Positions 40,001-50,274 of a DNA stretch of 64,000 bases are shown piece after piece. Each line of letters opens with the position of its first letter. Positions within the stretch are counted from its first letter, which is position 1. This stretch comes from Laetmonice hystrix. Lineage: Eukaryota. The position numbers were made by a program, and so were the translations under genes. The stretch lies in the NCBI GenBank assembly GCA_965235115.1, contig OZ249440.1:34102001-34166000 (forward strand), given 5' to 3'. The notes below the pieces were generated by a model. That model was not told where the DNA came from. It saw only the letters and a program-made list of their open reading frames with translations, and ran no database searches.

Positions 40001-43000
40001 GGGAACTCTAAATAATTAATAATCACTAATCACGGCTTCCCTGGGGTCTTCCCTGGCCTTTGCACGCTACAAAGGCTTACCATGCAAGGACCGTATAAAT
40101 TTTATGGAATCATCCGTATGCTCTTTACGTACGCCGTATGCCGTGGCCGTAGAGCCGTAACGCATTTATTGAATCTCAGCTTAAGGCCTCTACAAGTTTT
40201 AATATGATAATTATTTTGTTCGTTTGCATTAGTGGCTTAATGTTGATCGTGTCCCTGATAGTAATTGTTTATCAAGTCCAAGAAATTAAATGGCACAGAT
40301 GGCTATCTCCAGTAGAAAAGTATTATAGGTTGTCTGAAGACTCAGGGGTACCGAAATTTGGCTGTCTCTTTTTAAATGTTATGTTGTTTTCACAATTATA
40401 TGAAGATTTTAAAAACTTTGCAGATACATCAACCTATTGGTTTGTATAGATATAAGATTTTTGCTATACATAGGCCTATGACGAACGTTTCCAATCAAAT
40501 ACATGGGTGTCCGAAATCGGGGAGGGCCGAAACAGGGCAGTTGCCCCCCCCCCCCCGAATGGATAGCATTGTTTACAACACTATAAAAGAAAAGCTTAGA
40601 ACTACACCATGCGTGTCCTTCTTTATCCATTCAATAACTATATTTCAAAGACGTATACCCATATTTTTCCTGTTTAAAATGCTGGAATTTGTCAAATTTG
40701 CCCCCCCCCTCCCCCATTAAAAAGTATTACCCTCTACCCTACCCCCTTCGGGAAATACGAACTATGCCTCTCTCAGGAATATGTTCTACGGACGCCCATG
40801 AACACAAGTTGCTGTTATGTTGCCTTGGAAATGTCATCAGCCACGAATTATATTTACCGGTATAATCTCGATAATGTTATCAATTTTTTTTATTCAACAA
40901 TCGACGTCCACTTTGCCAGCAACACTCTAAAAGATCCTTCTTTCATTGCATTTGTCCTGCTGGTCTTCGGGCAATTCTTTGGCCCACTACGATTTAACTA
41001 CTGAAAGATCACTGATATTTTTGCGTTAATGCATCATTTCAACAACGCCATCCCGTATCCTTTTTCCCTGATTATTCTTTTATGTAAGAGATTATACCAA
41101 TATAATAAATTTCCACTCATGTATTTCTGTTTAAATATTTTCAAGTCGTGAGAAGCCCATGATTCAGAGATGTTTACTTACAGTGTTTTTGTAAAATATA
41201 TTGAGCAGGTACAGCGGAACAGTTTCGACAGTGGGGGGGGGGGCTATATCAGTATAACGGAGGTGAAACTATTGGAGATTTTTTATTTAGAAAAGCTTGT
41301 ATTAAAAAAAGGGCTTTCAGAAAGAAATGGGGGGGGGGGGCTGAAGGCCCCCAGCCCCCCTCCCCGCTTCCGCAGTCCCTGTTGAGGTTGAGTGCGTTAT
41401 ACGTAATGTTCCAAGTTCGTTTTCCCAATCCATTTGGGGTTTTGTATTTTACATTTACATTAATTTTATCAATTTGGTTCTCAATATTCATTCCCACCTT
41501 TAACTATGGAAGTCTTGGTCGACAAGAAATCGGGTGGGCCAAAAAATATTGGAACACTCTTTTTTTGACTATAACTTCTACAATTACTCCGATGTCATAA
41601 TGTTTTGCACATATCATGTGATTATTTGGGGCCTGTGGTACAAATTTCAGAAAGTGTCTGAAAGTGAAGCATGGATATGTAGGTTCACATTTGCAACAGC
41701 ATGATACCATCCCAACTCAGCATTTCATTATACCTTAATGGCCAGTGAAACAGCTAAATGTAAAACATAGCAAACAAAATAGAAGTATTTGGTAGCCTGT
41801 GTTGAATATTCTTTATTCCGTCAAGTTTAAAACCGATTATTTCCGCACCGTCACAGGTCCAAACCTCACGAATGGTGTCAGTGATGCCCTACTGGGTCCG
41901 GCTGCCACGACTACCGGCCCAGAAATTGTCGGTGATGACCTCCTTTGTCCCGTTGCCATGGCTTCCACCCTTCAAGTTCCCGATAATGTTCTAAGTCCCG
42001 TTGCTAGAGTTGCTACCCCTAAAGTTACCTGTGATGACCTCCTGGGTCCAGTTCCCAAGGTTACTGCCCCTCACGTTGCCGGTGATGACCTCCTAGGTCC
42101 CGTTGCCACGGCTACCACCCCTCACGTTGCCGGCGATGACCTCTTGGGTCCAGTTGCCACGGCTACCACCCCTCAAGTTGCCGGTGATGACCTCCTAGGT
42201 CCCGTTGCCACGGCTACCACCCCTCAAGTTGCCGGTGATGACCTCCTAGGTCCCGTTGCCACGGCTACCACCCCTCACGTTGCCGGCGATGACCTCTTGG
42301 GTCCAGTTGCCACGGCTACCACCCCTCAAGTTGCCGGTGATGACCTCCTAGGTCCCGTTGCCACGGCTACCACCCCTCAAGTTGCCGGTGATGACCTCTT
42401 GGGTTCAGTTGCCACGGCTACCACTCAAGTTGCCGGTGATGACCTCTTGGGTCCAGTTGCCACGGCTACCACTCCTCAAGTTGCCGGTGATGACCTCCTA
42501 GTTCCCGTTGCCACGGCTACCACCCCTCAAGTTGCCGGCGTGGACCTCCTAGGTCCCGTTGCCACGGCTACCACCCCTCAAGTTGCCGGCGATGACCTCT
42601 TGGGTCCAGTTGCCACGGCTACCACTCCCCAAGTTGCCGGCGATGACCTCCTAGGTCCAGTTGACAGGGCTAGCGCCCCTCGAGTTGCCGGCGTGGACCT
42701 CCTAGGTCCCGTTGCCACGGCTACCACCACTCAAGTTGCCGGCGATGACCTCTTGGGTCCAGTTGCCACGGCTACCACCCCTCAAGTTGCCGGCGATGAC
42801 CTCCTAGGTCCCGTTGCCACGGCTACCACCACTCAAGTTGCCGGCGATGACCTCTTGGGTCCAGTTGCCACGGCTACCACTCCTCAAGTTGCCGGTGATG
42901 ACCTCCTAGGTCCCGTTGCCACGGCTGCCATCCCTCATGTTGCCGGTGATGACCTCCTGGGTCTAGTTACCACAACTTCTGTCCATCAAGTTGTCAGTGA

Positions 43001-46000
43001 TGCCCTCCCGTGGTCCGTTGCCATGGCTACCACCCCTCCATTTGTCAGTGATGCCTTTCTGGGTCCTGTCGCCATGGCTACTGCCCCTCAAGTTGATGAA
43101 GTCCAGCCTAGTGCATCCGCTACCAGTGCTCTGCCAGACAACAGTAATGAGATGATGATCACTGATTCCCAAAGTCCGGGCCAATCTAGTACAGGAGGTA
43201 CGAGAATAATAACCAAGATCAATGTTGTTTCCGTCCTCGCTTAGTTTCAACTTTGGTGTCCTCACTTTGTTTCAAGCCTGGTGTGTGTTCTTAGCTTGCT
43301 TCAGCCTTGGCATATGTCTGTCCTCACTTTGCTCCAACCTTGGTGTATGTGTCCTCACTCTGCTCCAACCTTGGTGTATGTGTCCTCACTCTGCTCCAAC
43401 CTTGGTGTATGTGTCCTCACTCTGCTCCAACCTTGGTGTATGTGTCCTCACTCTGCTCCAACCTTGGTGTATGTGTCCTCACTCTGCTCCAACCTTGGTA
43501 TATGTGTCCTCACTCTGCTCCAACCTTGGTATATGTGTCCTCACTCTGCTCCAACCTTGGTATATGTGTCCTCACTCTGCTCCAACCTTGGTGTATGTGT
43601 CCTCACTATGTTTGAAGCTTGCCAGGTGTGACCGCACCATGTTTCGACCATGTGTCGTCACTTTGATATTCTCAACATTGGGGTCTTTTTCCTCAGGTTG
43701 TTTTAACCTTGATGTGCGTTATCTTCACCTGTCTCCGACCCTATATTTAATTGTTCATCTTTTAGGTGCAGCCGCTACTGATGTCATCGACCACGCGTCA
43801 TTTAGTGAAGATGGTGAAGATGAAGATAGTATGGAGGACTATGTACCAGGCTCATCAAGCAGCGAATCAAGTTCTGACTATTCGGATGTCATACCCTTTC
43901 AGGGTCTGCCCTCTGCAAAAGGAAACCAGGAAGCTAAGTACAGAAAAGCCATTTCCAAGATGTGCTCAAGAGCCCTGGAAGCTCGACAAGCCCCACAAGC
44001 ATCCACCAGTTCAGATAGTTTCATCAGCCCGTCTAGTGCCCTGGGAGCCCGACAAGCCCCACAAGCATCCACCAGTTCAGATAGTTTCATCAGCCCGTCT
44101 AGTGCCCTGGGAGCCCGACAAGCCCCACAAGCATCCACCAGTTCAGATAGTTTCATCAGCCCGTCTAGTGCCCTGGGAGCCCGACAAGCCCCACAAGCAT
44201 CCACCAGTTCAGATAGTTTCATCAGCCCGTCTAGTGCCCTGGGAGCCCCACCAACCTCCGGTTCGGATGATGTCCTAGGATCACAAAGTGCCCTGGGAAC
44301 ATCACAAGCCAATGATGCAGTTTTGCATAACAGAAAAATAAGAGTCATGGTGGCAGACAATGAACAAGGAAGAAAATGGGACAAAATCTATTACTGTTTA
44401 TATTGTCAGAAGCCACAGAAGAAATTGCCAAGACATATAACTACTCAACATCCGGACGAGGTGAAAGTTGTGGAGTACTGCAATGAAAAGAACAGTCTAA
44501 GGAGATCACAGAAAATGTGTCTTCTTAGAAACCTAGGTAACCACAAACATAACTGTGAGGTGCTGAGAAAGGGAGAAGGGATTTTGATAGTAACTCACAG
44601 ACCAGTGAGGGCAACCCTACCAGACGAATACGGTCCATGTGAAATTTGCTTTGCCTACATCCTCAGAAATGATCTCTGGAGGCACAGATGTCCGCTTAAG
44701 GATGAACAGGAAGAGGAACCAGTGAAAAAGAAACGCAGAGCAGTCAGTTGTAAACTCCTTCTTCCGCCCCCACCAGGTATCAGCGAAAATTTGCACACAA
44801 TCACCCATTCCATGAGGGCCGACAACATATCCAGAATCACAAAAAGTGACAACCTCATCCTGGCCCTTGGAGAGAAGTTGTATCAAAAGGTTGGGCACAA
44901 TAAATTTCAACATAATTACATCAGATGCAAGCTAAGAGAGATGGGACGTCTCCTTGCCCAATTACGTACTGATACTGGGAAGTCAAATTCAAAGCTCGAA
45001 GACTTCATTGAGCCTGACCAGTTTAGGGTTGTACTAGCTGCGGCAAGACGAGTCTGTGGATTCGAAAAAGAAGGTCAAACGTACAAAACGCCATCACTTG
45101 CATTGAAGTTAGGCCATAGTCTTCGAAAGTGTGCCAAGATCTGCCAAGGACAGTCAATAGAGTTGAATAACGAAGAAAAACAGAAAAAGGTGAAATCTTT
45201 TCTAAAACTGATGGATATAAACTGGACAGAGGAGATGTCAACTCAGGCACTGCGTACCTTGTATGAATTAAAAAGGAACAAGGTCAAACTTCTTCCTCTT
45301 GTTGAAGATGTCCACTTGTTGTCGGCGTATCTAAAGGAAACGGGAAAGAAAGCTGCTGCTTACTTAACAGCAAGCCAGAGTGAGGATCCAAAATATACTT
45401 CTCAATGGGACGTTCTTCGAGATGTTTTGTTGGTTCGACTCATCCTCTTCAACAGGCGGCGACAAGGTGAGGTTTCACACATGTCTGTTGAGGACTACGC
45501 CAAGGTCCATCAGGCTGGTCATGAAGGCTTTGTGATGGAAAGTTTAACCACTCTGGAACAGAATCTCAGTCGCCACTTCTTTCGTGTTGAGATCCGCGGA
45601 AAGCGTGGAAACACTGTGCCGGTACTTCTCAACAAAGAGTGTAAAGAATGGCTGGATGTCTTAGTGGCTACCAGGGAAAAGGTTGGTATTGCTGCCGGAA
45701 ATGACTACCTCTTTGCCAGATCACATTATGGATCTCTTGACCATGTCAGAGGTTCTGACTGCTTAAGGGACATGAGCGAACAGTGTGGAGCAAGAGAGCC
45801 TCAGCTACTACGAACGACTAAACTACGCAAACAGATTGCGACAATGAGTCAGATCTTAAACTTAAAAGATCACGAGCTTGACGTATTAGCCCGGTTCCTC
45901 GGCCACGATATCCGAGTACACAGGGAGTATTACCGCTTACCAGACCAAACCCTTCAAGTGGCCAAAGTGACAAAACTTCTCTTGGCAATGGAAAAGGGAG

Positions 46001-46069
46001 GGCAAGGCCTACAGCTTGGACAGAGTCTAGATGACGTCAACGTAAACGTGGACGAAGGTAAATAACTTA

Positions 46070-46118
<49 letters not shown>

Positions 46119-46119
46119 G

Positions 46120-46152
<33 letters not shown>

Positions 46153-46179
46153 GCAGCAGCAGCAGTAGTAGTATTCGTA

Positions 46180-46232
<53 letters not shown>

Positions 46233-47463
46233 TAATTATGATGTACTAAATAAAAACAAAATAGGGATTCCTTTACAGAAATTGATGCCAATTCTGGACA
46301 GTCGAGTGAAAGCGATGGGGACCAGGGAAGCCAACAGGACAGTTCTGCCAACACTGAAGCATCGAAACGTGTATCCCAAAGAAATATCGCAAGTCAACTG
46401 GATATAACTCCGGGGAGTACCACAGCAAGTCAACAGAAGAACACCAAACAACTTAAAGGTAGAAATCACTAATTCCGCCCCCCCCCCCCCCCCTGCATTT
46501 TCACTTCTGTTGATCGCAACTTTAAAATAGATTTATTTAAACAGGATTCTAATTCATCAGGGAGTAACTAATTTATTAGCATGATGTCAGGTGCTGGTGA
46601 TCATAATCATTCCCACCACTGTCCCAGACCGTAAGAAATCTTCTCCACGGCCCCTTCACCTGGCCCTGGCTTGCTTTTGTGCGTCCTCACTTTGTAGGAT
46701 GAGTGTAATGCCTATAGCCATGTCCTCAGTCTGTTGTGTTTGTCCTCACTTCGTGTACTGGTTCGTAGTGTGTCCTCACTTTGTAGCATTGGTGTGGTGT
46801 GTGTCCTCACTTTGTAGCATTGGTGTGGAGTGTGTCCTCACTGTGTAGCATTGGTGTGGCGTGTGTCCTCACATTGTAGCATTGGTGTGGTGTGTGTCCT
46901 CACTTTGTAGCATTGATGCGGTGTGTGTCCTCACTTTAATTGTAAGGTGTGTTTTATGCATAAACCCATGTCCTCAGTCACTCAGTTTCTTGTGCGTGTC
47001 CTCACTTTGTAGCATTGGTATGGAGTGTGTCCTCACTTTGTAGCATTGGTATGGAGTGTGTCCTCACTTTGTAGCATTGGTGTGGTGTGTGTCCTCGCTT
47101 TGTAGCATTGGTGTGGTGTGTGTCCTCGCTTTGTATCATTGGTTTGGTACTTAATTATTTTAAATATGAAGTTTTTGTTTATTCTGAGTTTAAATTAAAG
47201 TAAAAATTCATGAATGACTTCGTTACATTGTTATAGAGCCAGGAGAAACATCTGTTCGCCGGCCCCAGAAGAAAAGAGGCTGGAACGAGACTGAGGTCAA
47301 CACTGTAATGAGATACTTCAGTACCGACATCGCGCTGGGGAACCTGCCGGGAAAATCACAAATAGAAGCTATGCTTGCTGCAGAACAGCCATTGGAACAC
47401 CGGTCGTGGAGGAATGTCAAAGATTTTATTAGAAATCGCATTGTTAGTCAGAAGAAACTTTAA
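37061..47463 (+). CDS. SET domain + peptide repeats + zinc fingers + tyrosine recombinase + Myb/SANT-like protein (~1513 aa, 9 predicted exons)
   Basis: Exons 37061-37166, 38275-38428, 38601-38738, 38920-38995, 41651-41678 (tentative microexon), 41857-43197, 43766-46057, 46279-46458, 47237-47463; all GT-AG, phase-consistent, no stop. SET: KGRGV, FVAEYKGEL, LGRLVNH, EIMYDYG..PW. Zinc fingers: CLYC..H....H, CEIC..HRC. YR: FNRRRQGE, RGKRG, TKLRK, FLGH, EYY. C-terminal: RGWNETE...RSWRNVKDFIRN. Confidence 0.8.
39643..40181. mobile_element. Harbinger-like MITE in an intron of the SET-YR gene
   Basis: GGCTAAGATTTCATTAATACGTAATGGCTCTACGGC versus the reverse complement of GCCGTAGAGCCGTAACGCATTTATTGAATCTCAGCT. 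Confidence 0.65.
41206..41381. mobile_element. Small CAG-ended MITE with 5-bp TSD
   Basis: CAGGTACAGCGGAA ... TTCCGCAGTCCCTG flanked by TTGAG on both sides. Confidence 0.65.
41875..43095 (+). repeat. 51-bp coding tandem repeat (17 aa VAGDDLLGPVATATTPQ), ~24 copies
   Basis: Visible in DNA and in ORF 41799-43244; frame preserved, and the one indel seen is 3 bp. Confidence 0.95.
43255..43612 (+). repeat. 31-bp intronic tandem repeat, 10 copies (TGTGTCCTCACTCTGCTCCAACCTTGGTGTA)
   Basis: TCCTCAC recurs every 31 bp from 43321 to 43600, inside predicted intron 43198-43765. Confidence 0.95.
43972..44248 (+). repeat. 66-bp coding tandem repeat (22 aa ALGARQAPQASTSSDSFISPSS), 4 copies
   Basis: Units start at 43972, 44038, 44104 and 44170, with a partial unit at 44236. 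Confidence 0.95.
46067..46230. repeat. (TAT)n/(TAG)n microsatellite in an intron
   Basis: Direct inspection. Confidence 0.95.
46680..47150 (+). repeat. 31-bp intronic tandem array (GTGTCCTCACTTTGTAGCATTGGTGTGGTGT), ~15 copies
   Basis: 31-bp period (46773, 46804, 46835, 46866, 46897, 46928; 46999-47123); same core as the 43255-43612 array. Confidence 0.92.
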
Positions 47464-47749
47464 ATGTGTAAAGATCCGGGTTCTGTTCGTGTCTGGTTAC
47501 TTAGCGTTGTTATGAGCACAATTTTTAAGACACATAAAGGATTTCAGTGAAAATCACAAATAGAAGCTATGCTTGCTGCAGAACAGCCATTGGAACACCG
47601 GTCGTGGAGGAATGTCAAAGATTTTATTAGAAATCGCATTGTTAGTCAGAAGAAACTTTAAATGTGTAAAGATCCGGGTTCCGTTCATGCCTGGTTACTT
47701 AGCGCTGTTATGAGCACAATTTTTAAGACACATTAAAAGGATTTCAGTG
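47351..47749 (+). repeat. ~199-bp tandem duplication spanning the gene's stop codon
   Basis: 47351-47548 is repeated at 47549-47749 with a few substitutions. Confidence 0.92.
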
Positions 47750-47984
47750 TATTTTCGCAACTTCCTGTTTTTCTTGATGCAGTTTTAGGGGTAGCTCTAG
47801 GTACCCCACCTGACTGTAGTGATTATAGGCCCCTATATATCCCTCCTGACTGTAGTGCTAGAAGTATCTCTTTTTCAAAGCAGCGGACGTTTATTTGACT
47901 CTCAAGTAGTACTGAAACTGAAGAATCGGGGAACTTCTTGCAATTTTTATCATTACGGGTTGATGCATGCCCCTGGGTTCTTAG

Positions 47985-48262
47985 TATGGTGCGTGTCCTC
48001 ACTTCGTAGCATTGGTGTGCGGTGTGTCCTCAGTTTGTAGGAAGTTTAATGCCTATACCCATGTCCTCGGTTTGTTGTGTGTGTCCTCACTTTGGAGCAT
48101 TGGTGTGGTGTGTTTCCTCACTGTGTAGCATTGGTGCGATGTGTGTCCTCACTTTGTAGCATTGGTGTGATGTGTCCTCGCTTTGTAGGATGGTTTTAAT
48201 GCATAAAGCAATGCCCTCAGTAAGTGAGTGTAGCATTGGTGTGGTGTGTCCTCGCTTTGTAA
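47985..48262 (+). repeat. Third GTCCTCACTTTGTAGCATTGG array, downstream of the gene, ~8 copies
   Basis: Same unit as 46680-47150. Confidence 0.88.
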
Positions 48263-48798
48263 AGATAATGCACAATTCGTCCAATTCCGCTTTGTTTTGA
48301 AAATTGTTTGTATTTTATTGGATATTCAAATAGAGTATTTGCATTATATCTGTATCTTAGATAAAATTGTATTCGTTGTTGAACCCAACCTTTAATTTAA
48401 CGGGTATCTAGATATACATGTATTTCTGGCATTATTGTCCCTGGTGAAGAGTAAAGATCGCGTGTAGTTTACCTACACAAAGCTAAGATGCCTTATTTCA
48501 CAATTTTAAGGAGTTTTCCCAGCACTACAAGCAGAGTATTGTATGAAGGAATAACCTGAAGGCGTCAGGGGGACAAGTTGCCCCTCATTGCTTTTTCCAA
48601 CCCTTCTACTGTCACGAGTAGACGAAATAGGAAACGTGTTTAAAATAACAGTAGGTGAAGTTGAAGTAGGCCAAATCCGAGTAGATGAGGTCGGGTTTTA
48701 TGTTTGAGATTTAGGTGGTCGCACTGAGTTGCTCTAATTAATCGTGAGTAATCTCCTAAGATAGTATTCGATCGAGACTGAACCAAAGTGGTCTTGAT

Positions 48799-49518
48799 CA
48801 GGCGCGGATCCAGGGGGTGCATTGGGTGCACGTGCACCCCCCTTGAGTCCCCATTTTTATATATAGGCCTATATTAATCAAACCCCTCCCGTTCCACGTG
48901 ACCCGCATCTGGCAAACCGGCACCAAAACCCACTGACCCGCGAGGACAGCCATAGGACCCACCTGAATTATAAATCTAGGGCGTTTTAGGCCTAGATTTA
49001 TCATTTAGGTGGAGCCTATCCTCTTTTTTGCCACTTTGTGTCGTTTGTTGAGGATAGTCTGCGGCTTGATCACACGTACATTTAGTAAATTTAGCTCAGA
49101 TTACATATGCGCCATCAGGTGGCCTATAGATCTATAGCCACGCATATCTGATAGATGGCGATTGTGCCCCCCCCCTTATTTTTGCAGACTGACTTTTTAA
49201 CGAATTGCTAAAAAAGCTAGGCCTATTTTCAGCTGACTCTAAGACCTTGCAGCCTATGTTGTTCCCAGATGCCAGGAAAACGCGTATTTGGCACTTTATT
49301 TGTCCAATTTTTCTGACCCCCGCCCCCCCCCCACCCACTTGAGGCGTCGGATCGCGTAGACTTATTAGGCTTATATTATTATTGAAACTTGGGACCTATA
49401 TGTAAGTAGTCGTAAAATAGTGATAAGAACTGATGCACCGTCCTATACTTTGGGGACCTCACAAGTATCTTTGATGGTGCACCCCCCCCCCCCTACAGAG
49501 CACCTGGATCTGCCCCTG
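48799..49518. mobile_element. CAG-ended MITE with 5-bp TSD
   Basis: CAGGCGCGGATCCAGG ... CCTGGATCTGCCCCTG flanked by TTGAT. Confidence 0.75.
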
Positions 49519-50274
49519 TTGATGATGGGTTTGTTTCATCAGCTGGATAATTTTTAAGGCGGACTGCAGTAGGCCTAGTTTCATTTAGAATAAATTGCAT
49601 ACGCAGTCCTGCTTTTTACATGCAGTATACGAAATGTCCTCGTACTACCCCATCCATTGGGTATGGATGTGTCCTTACTTTGGTGACCCAATTAGCTTTC
49701 AATACACATGTGGTCCCACCTTTGATAGATTTTGTCCACACACAAAAAAATGTTAGAACTTAACGAAATTAGAGTTTAAGCCTCATTAGGTTAATTTAAT
49801 ATACCATGCAAAATAATGGCCTAATATCTTTAGAAATAAAAGAGTCCACATTTTGTAGGTTTCAGACACATGTCCCCACTTTCCACCATTAACACGTAGG
49901 TGTGTGTGTGCGATGTGCCAGCTGTGGTAAAGGAGTTGGTGGTTGTTGGTGGAGCGTGGAAGTGTTATGTAACTCAGTCAGGTGGCCAGGAGTATGGCGG
50001 GGGTTGCGGGGCACTGAGAACACTGAACGACCCCGCCGGTCCGTGTAGGGGTTTGGCGGGAAGTTACCACCAGAAGGACGCCTGGCTGGGGGTTGGCGGG
50101 GGTTGCCAGGGACAACGGCTGAGGCCGTGGGAGCGGGCCCGCTGGGGAGTTGTTTACGCCGTGTACGCTGTGTGGCTGTGTGTCGGAAAGATGGTCCACT
50201 TTTAGGCCTCATAAGTCGGAAACTATTAACTGTAGAGAAAAACACTTAGTGTAGCGGTTGTAGGCAAATACCAG

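Larger units (their letters stand above)
35588..49894 (+). mobile_element. Crypton-like tyrosine-recombinase DNA transposon carrying a SET domain, 14.3 kb
   Basis: Left end TGTTAATGGCGTAAAGTGTGGACAAGTGTC (35588-35617) and right end GACACATGTCCCCACTTTCCACCATTAACA (49865-49894) are inverted repeats, 26/30 identical. They enclose one SET-YR gene; both flanks are GT-rich. Confidence 0.8.

Noticed and set aside
43222..43765. Cys-rich N-terminus of the 947-aa ORF (and overlapping ORFs 43281, 43307)
   Set aside because: It is the translation of a 31-bp non-triplet repeat open in all frames, lying between a phase-matched donor (43198) and acceptor (43765), so it is intronic.
43255..48262. 31-bp arrays as CRISPR arrays
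   Set aside because: Head-to-tail units with no unique spacers, eukaryotic context and no cas genes.
35588..49894. DIRS/Ngaro retrotransposon or prophage integrase interpretation
   Set aside because: No RT/RNase H or phage genes inside, and the gene has spliceosomal introns.
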